DNA of 64,000 nucleotides from Octopus sinensis. Taxonomy: Eukaryota. Under the pieces are notes generated by a model that worked only from the letters and a program-made list of their open reading frames with translations, did not search any database and was not told the origin of the DNA. Of the stretch, positions 62,940 to 64,000 are shown in pieces. The stretch's first letter is position 1; every line of letters starts with the position of its first letter. The DNA lies in assembly GCF_006345805.1 (NCBI RefSeq), contig NC_042998.1, forward strand, positions 154,194,001 through 154,258,000. The letters are read 5' to 3'. A program made the translations under genes and the position numbers.

Positions 62940-63930
62940 GTTGGAAAACTTGGAGAATAGGTATGGGATTTTTTAAAAGATAGAATTCAAGCAGAGGTGG
63001 TCAATGGACCCACTGCTAATGAAACAAATGCAGTGAATGATGTTCCATGGGACACAGTCTTAGGGCCACTTCTATTCAAATTGACCTTCTCAGACATGCC
63101 ATTAGCTGCTCAGACAGCCACCCTTGCTAGCTATGCAGATGATTTTGAAGTCTCTCAGAGGATACAGAAACCTGGAGACATTGCATGCCTGCAACAAGAG
63201 TTAGACACAATATATAGGTGGGCTGATCAAAATAACATGTAGTATAATGCTGGAAAGTTCTAAGCTCTGCACTACCAATACACAAAGCTGAATGAAGACA
63301 GGATACATTAGTCCAGGAGGATTGCAATCCCTGAATTAAAATCCGTGCACAGCCTGGTTAGTGACATGAGTAATGATGCATCTTTCCAGGGCATATTACT
63401 AATTTGGCAATAAAATACAGATGACTGGATGGATCCTTAGTTCTTTCAGAACAAGCAAACAGGAAACCATGACAGTCCTCTGAAGAACATTTATCCACAG
63501 CCACTTAGACTACAGCATCCAACTATGGTCACCACAAAGTGTAAAAGTGATAACAGAACTTCAAGCAATCCAATGAATCTCTACAAATAAGGTTGTCTCA
63601 TTGTTACAGGCCTGCTATTGAGAAAAGCTGAGAAAGTTAAGACTCTACTCCTTAGAACAAAGGTGGGAAAGATATGTAGTGATATACATCTGGAAAATCC
63701 TGGAAGTACTTGTACCAAGCTTAAGCATTGAAAGTTATACAGACAGCATAGTGCCAAAGATCCCAACACTGCCAACAGGATACAGAACTAGACACTGTAA
63801 TAGCTTAAGTTTCAAGGGCTCACAGCTCTTCAATATTCTCCAAAAAAGCCTGAGAAACCAGCACGGGGTGGATATAACAAAGCTAATGGAGGTGTCCCAA
63901 CATGGCCACAGATCTCAAGCGCCAACTAAT
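62940..63930 (+). mobile_element. CR1/L2-group LINE 3' part, degenerate (third copy of the 40511 family)
   Basis: VPWDTVLGPLLF, LASYADD, MIYIWKILE, NSLSFKGSQLFNIL. Confidence 0.85.
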
Positions 63931-64000
63931 AAAAGATAAAAGAAATTAGAGGATGTACTGAAAAAAAAAAATCAAATTGGAAAACTTGTTGATTGTAACA

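Overview
AT-rich, repeat-dominated eukaryotic genomic DNA. The SINE/RTE repeat families and long (TA)n arrays look like an Octopus-type cephalopod genome (inference from recognition; no search was run). Two minus-strand protein-coding loci are supported. (1) The large terminal coding exon of NRBF2/Atg38 (14289-14977); I could not find its 5' exons. (2) An unidentified gene with at least six short exons between 52.4 and 61.0 kb, all open in phase 0 with GT-AG boundaries, mostly invisible in the ORF track, plus several competing 3' exon candidates at 49.0-52.4 kb. The rest is a layered stack of RTE and CR1/L2-like LINEs, Gypsy pol fragments, Penelope-like RT fragments, piggyBac and Tc1/mariner relics, MITEs and SINEs, a 100-N gap, a ~490-bp satellite whose orientation flips at 23124, and an ~8.3-kb (TA)n array. 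The most unusual theme is a concentration of fold-back and locally templated rearrangements: a 322-bp near-perfect palindrome made from a LINE, a 30-bp copy of the NRBF2 splice acceptor pasted into a LINE, perfect hairpins inside (TA)n tracts, local duplications and an RTE/CR1-like chimeric junction. Some of these may be long-read assembly artefacts. Repeat boundaries are approximate unless stated as exact.
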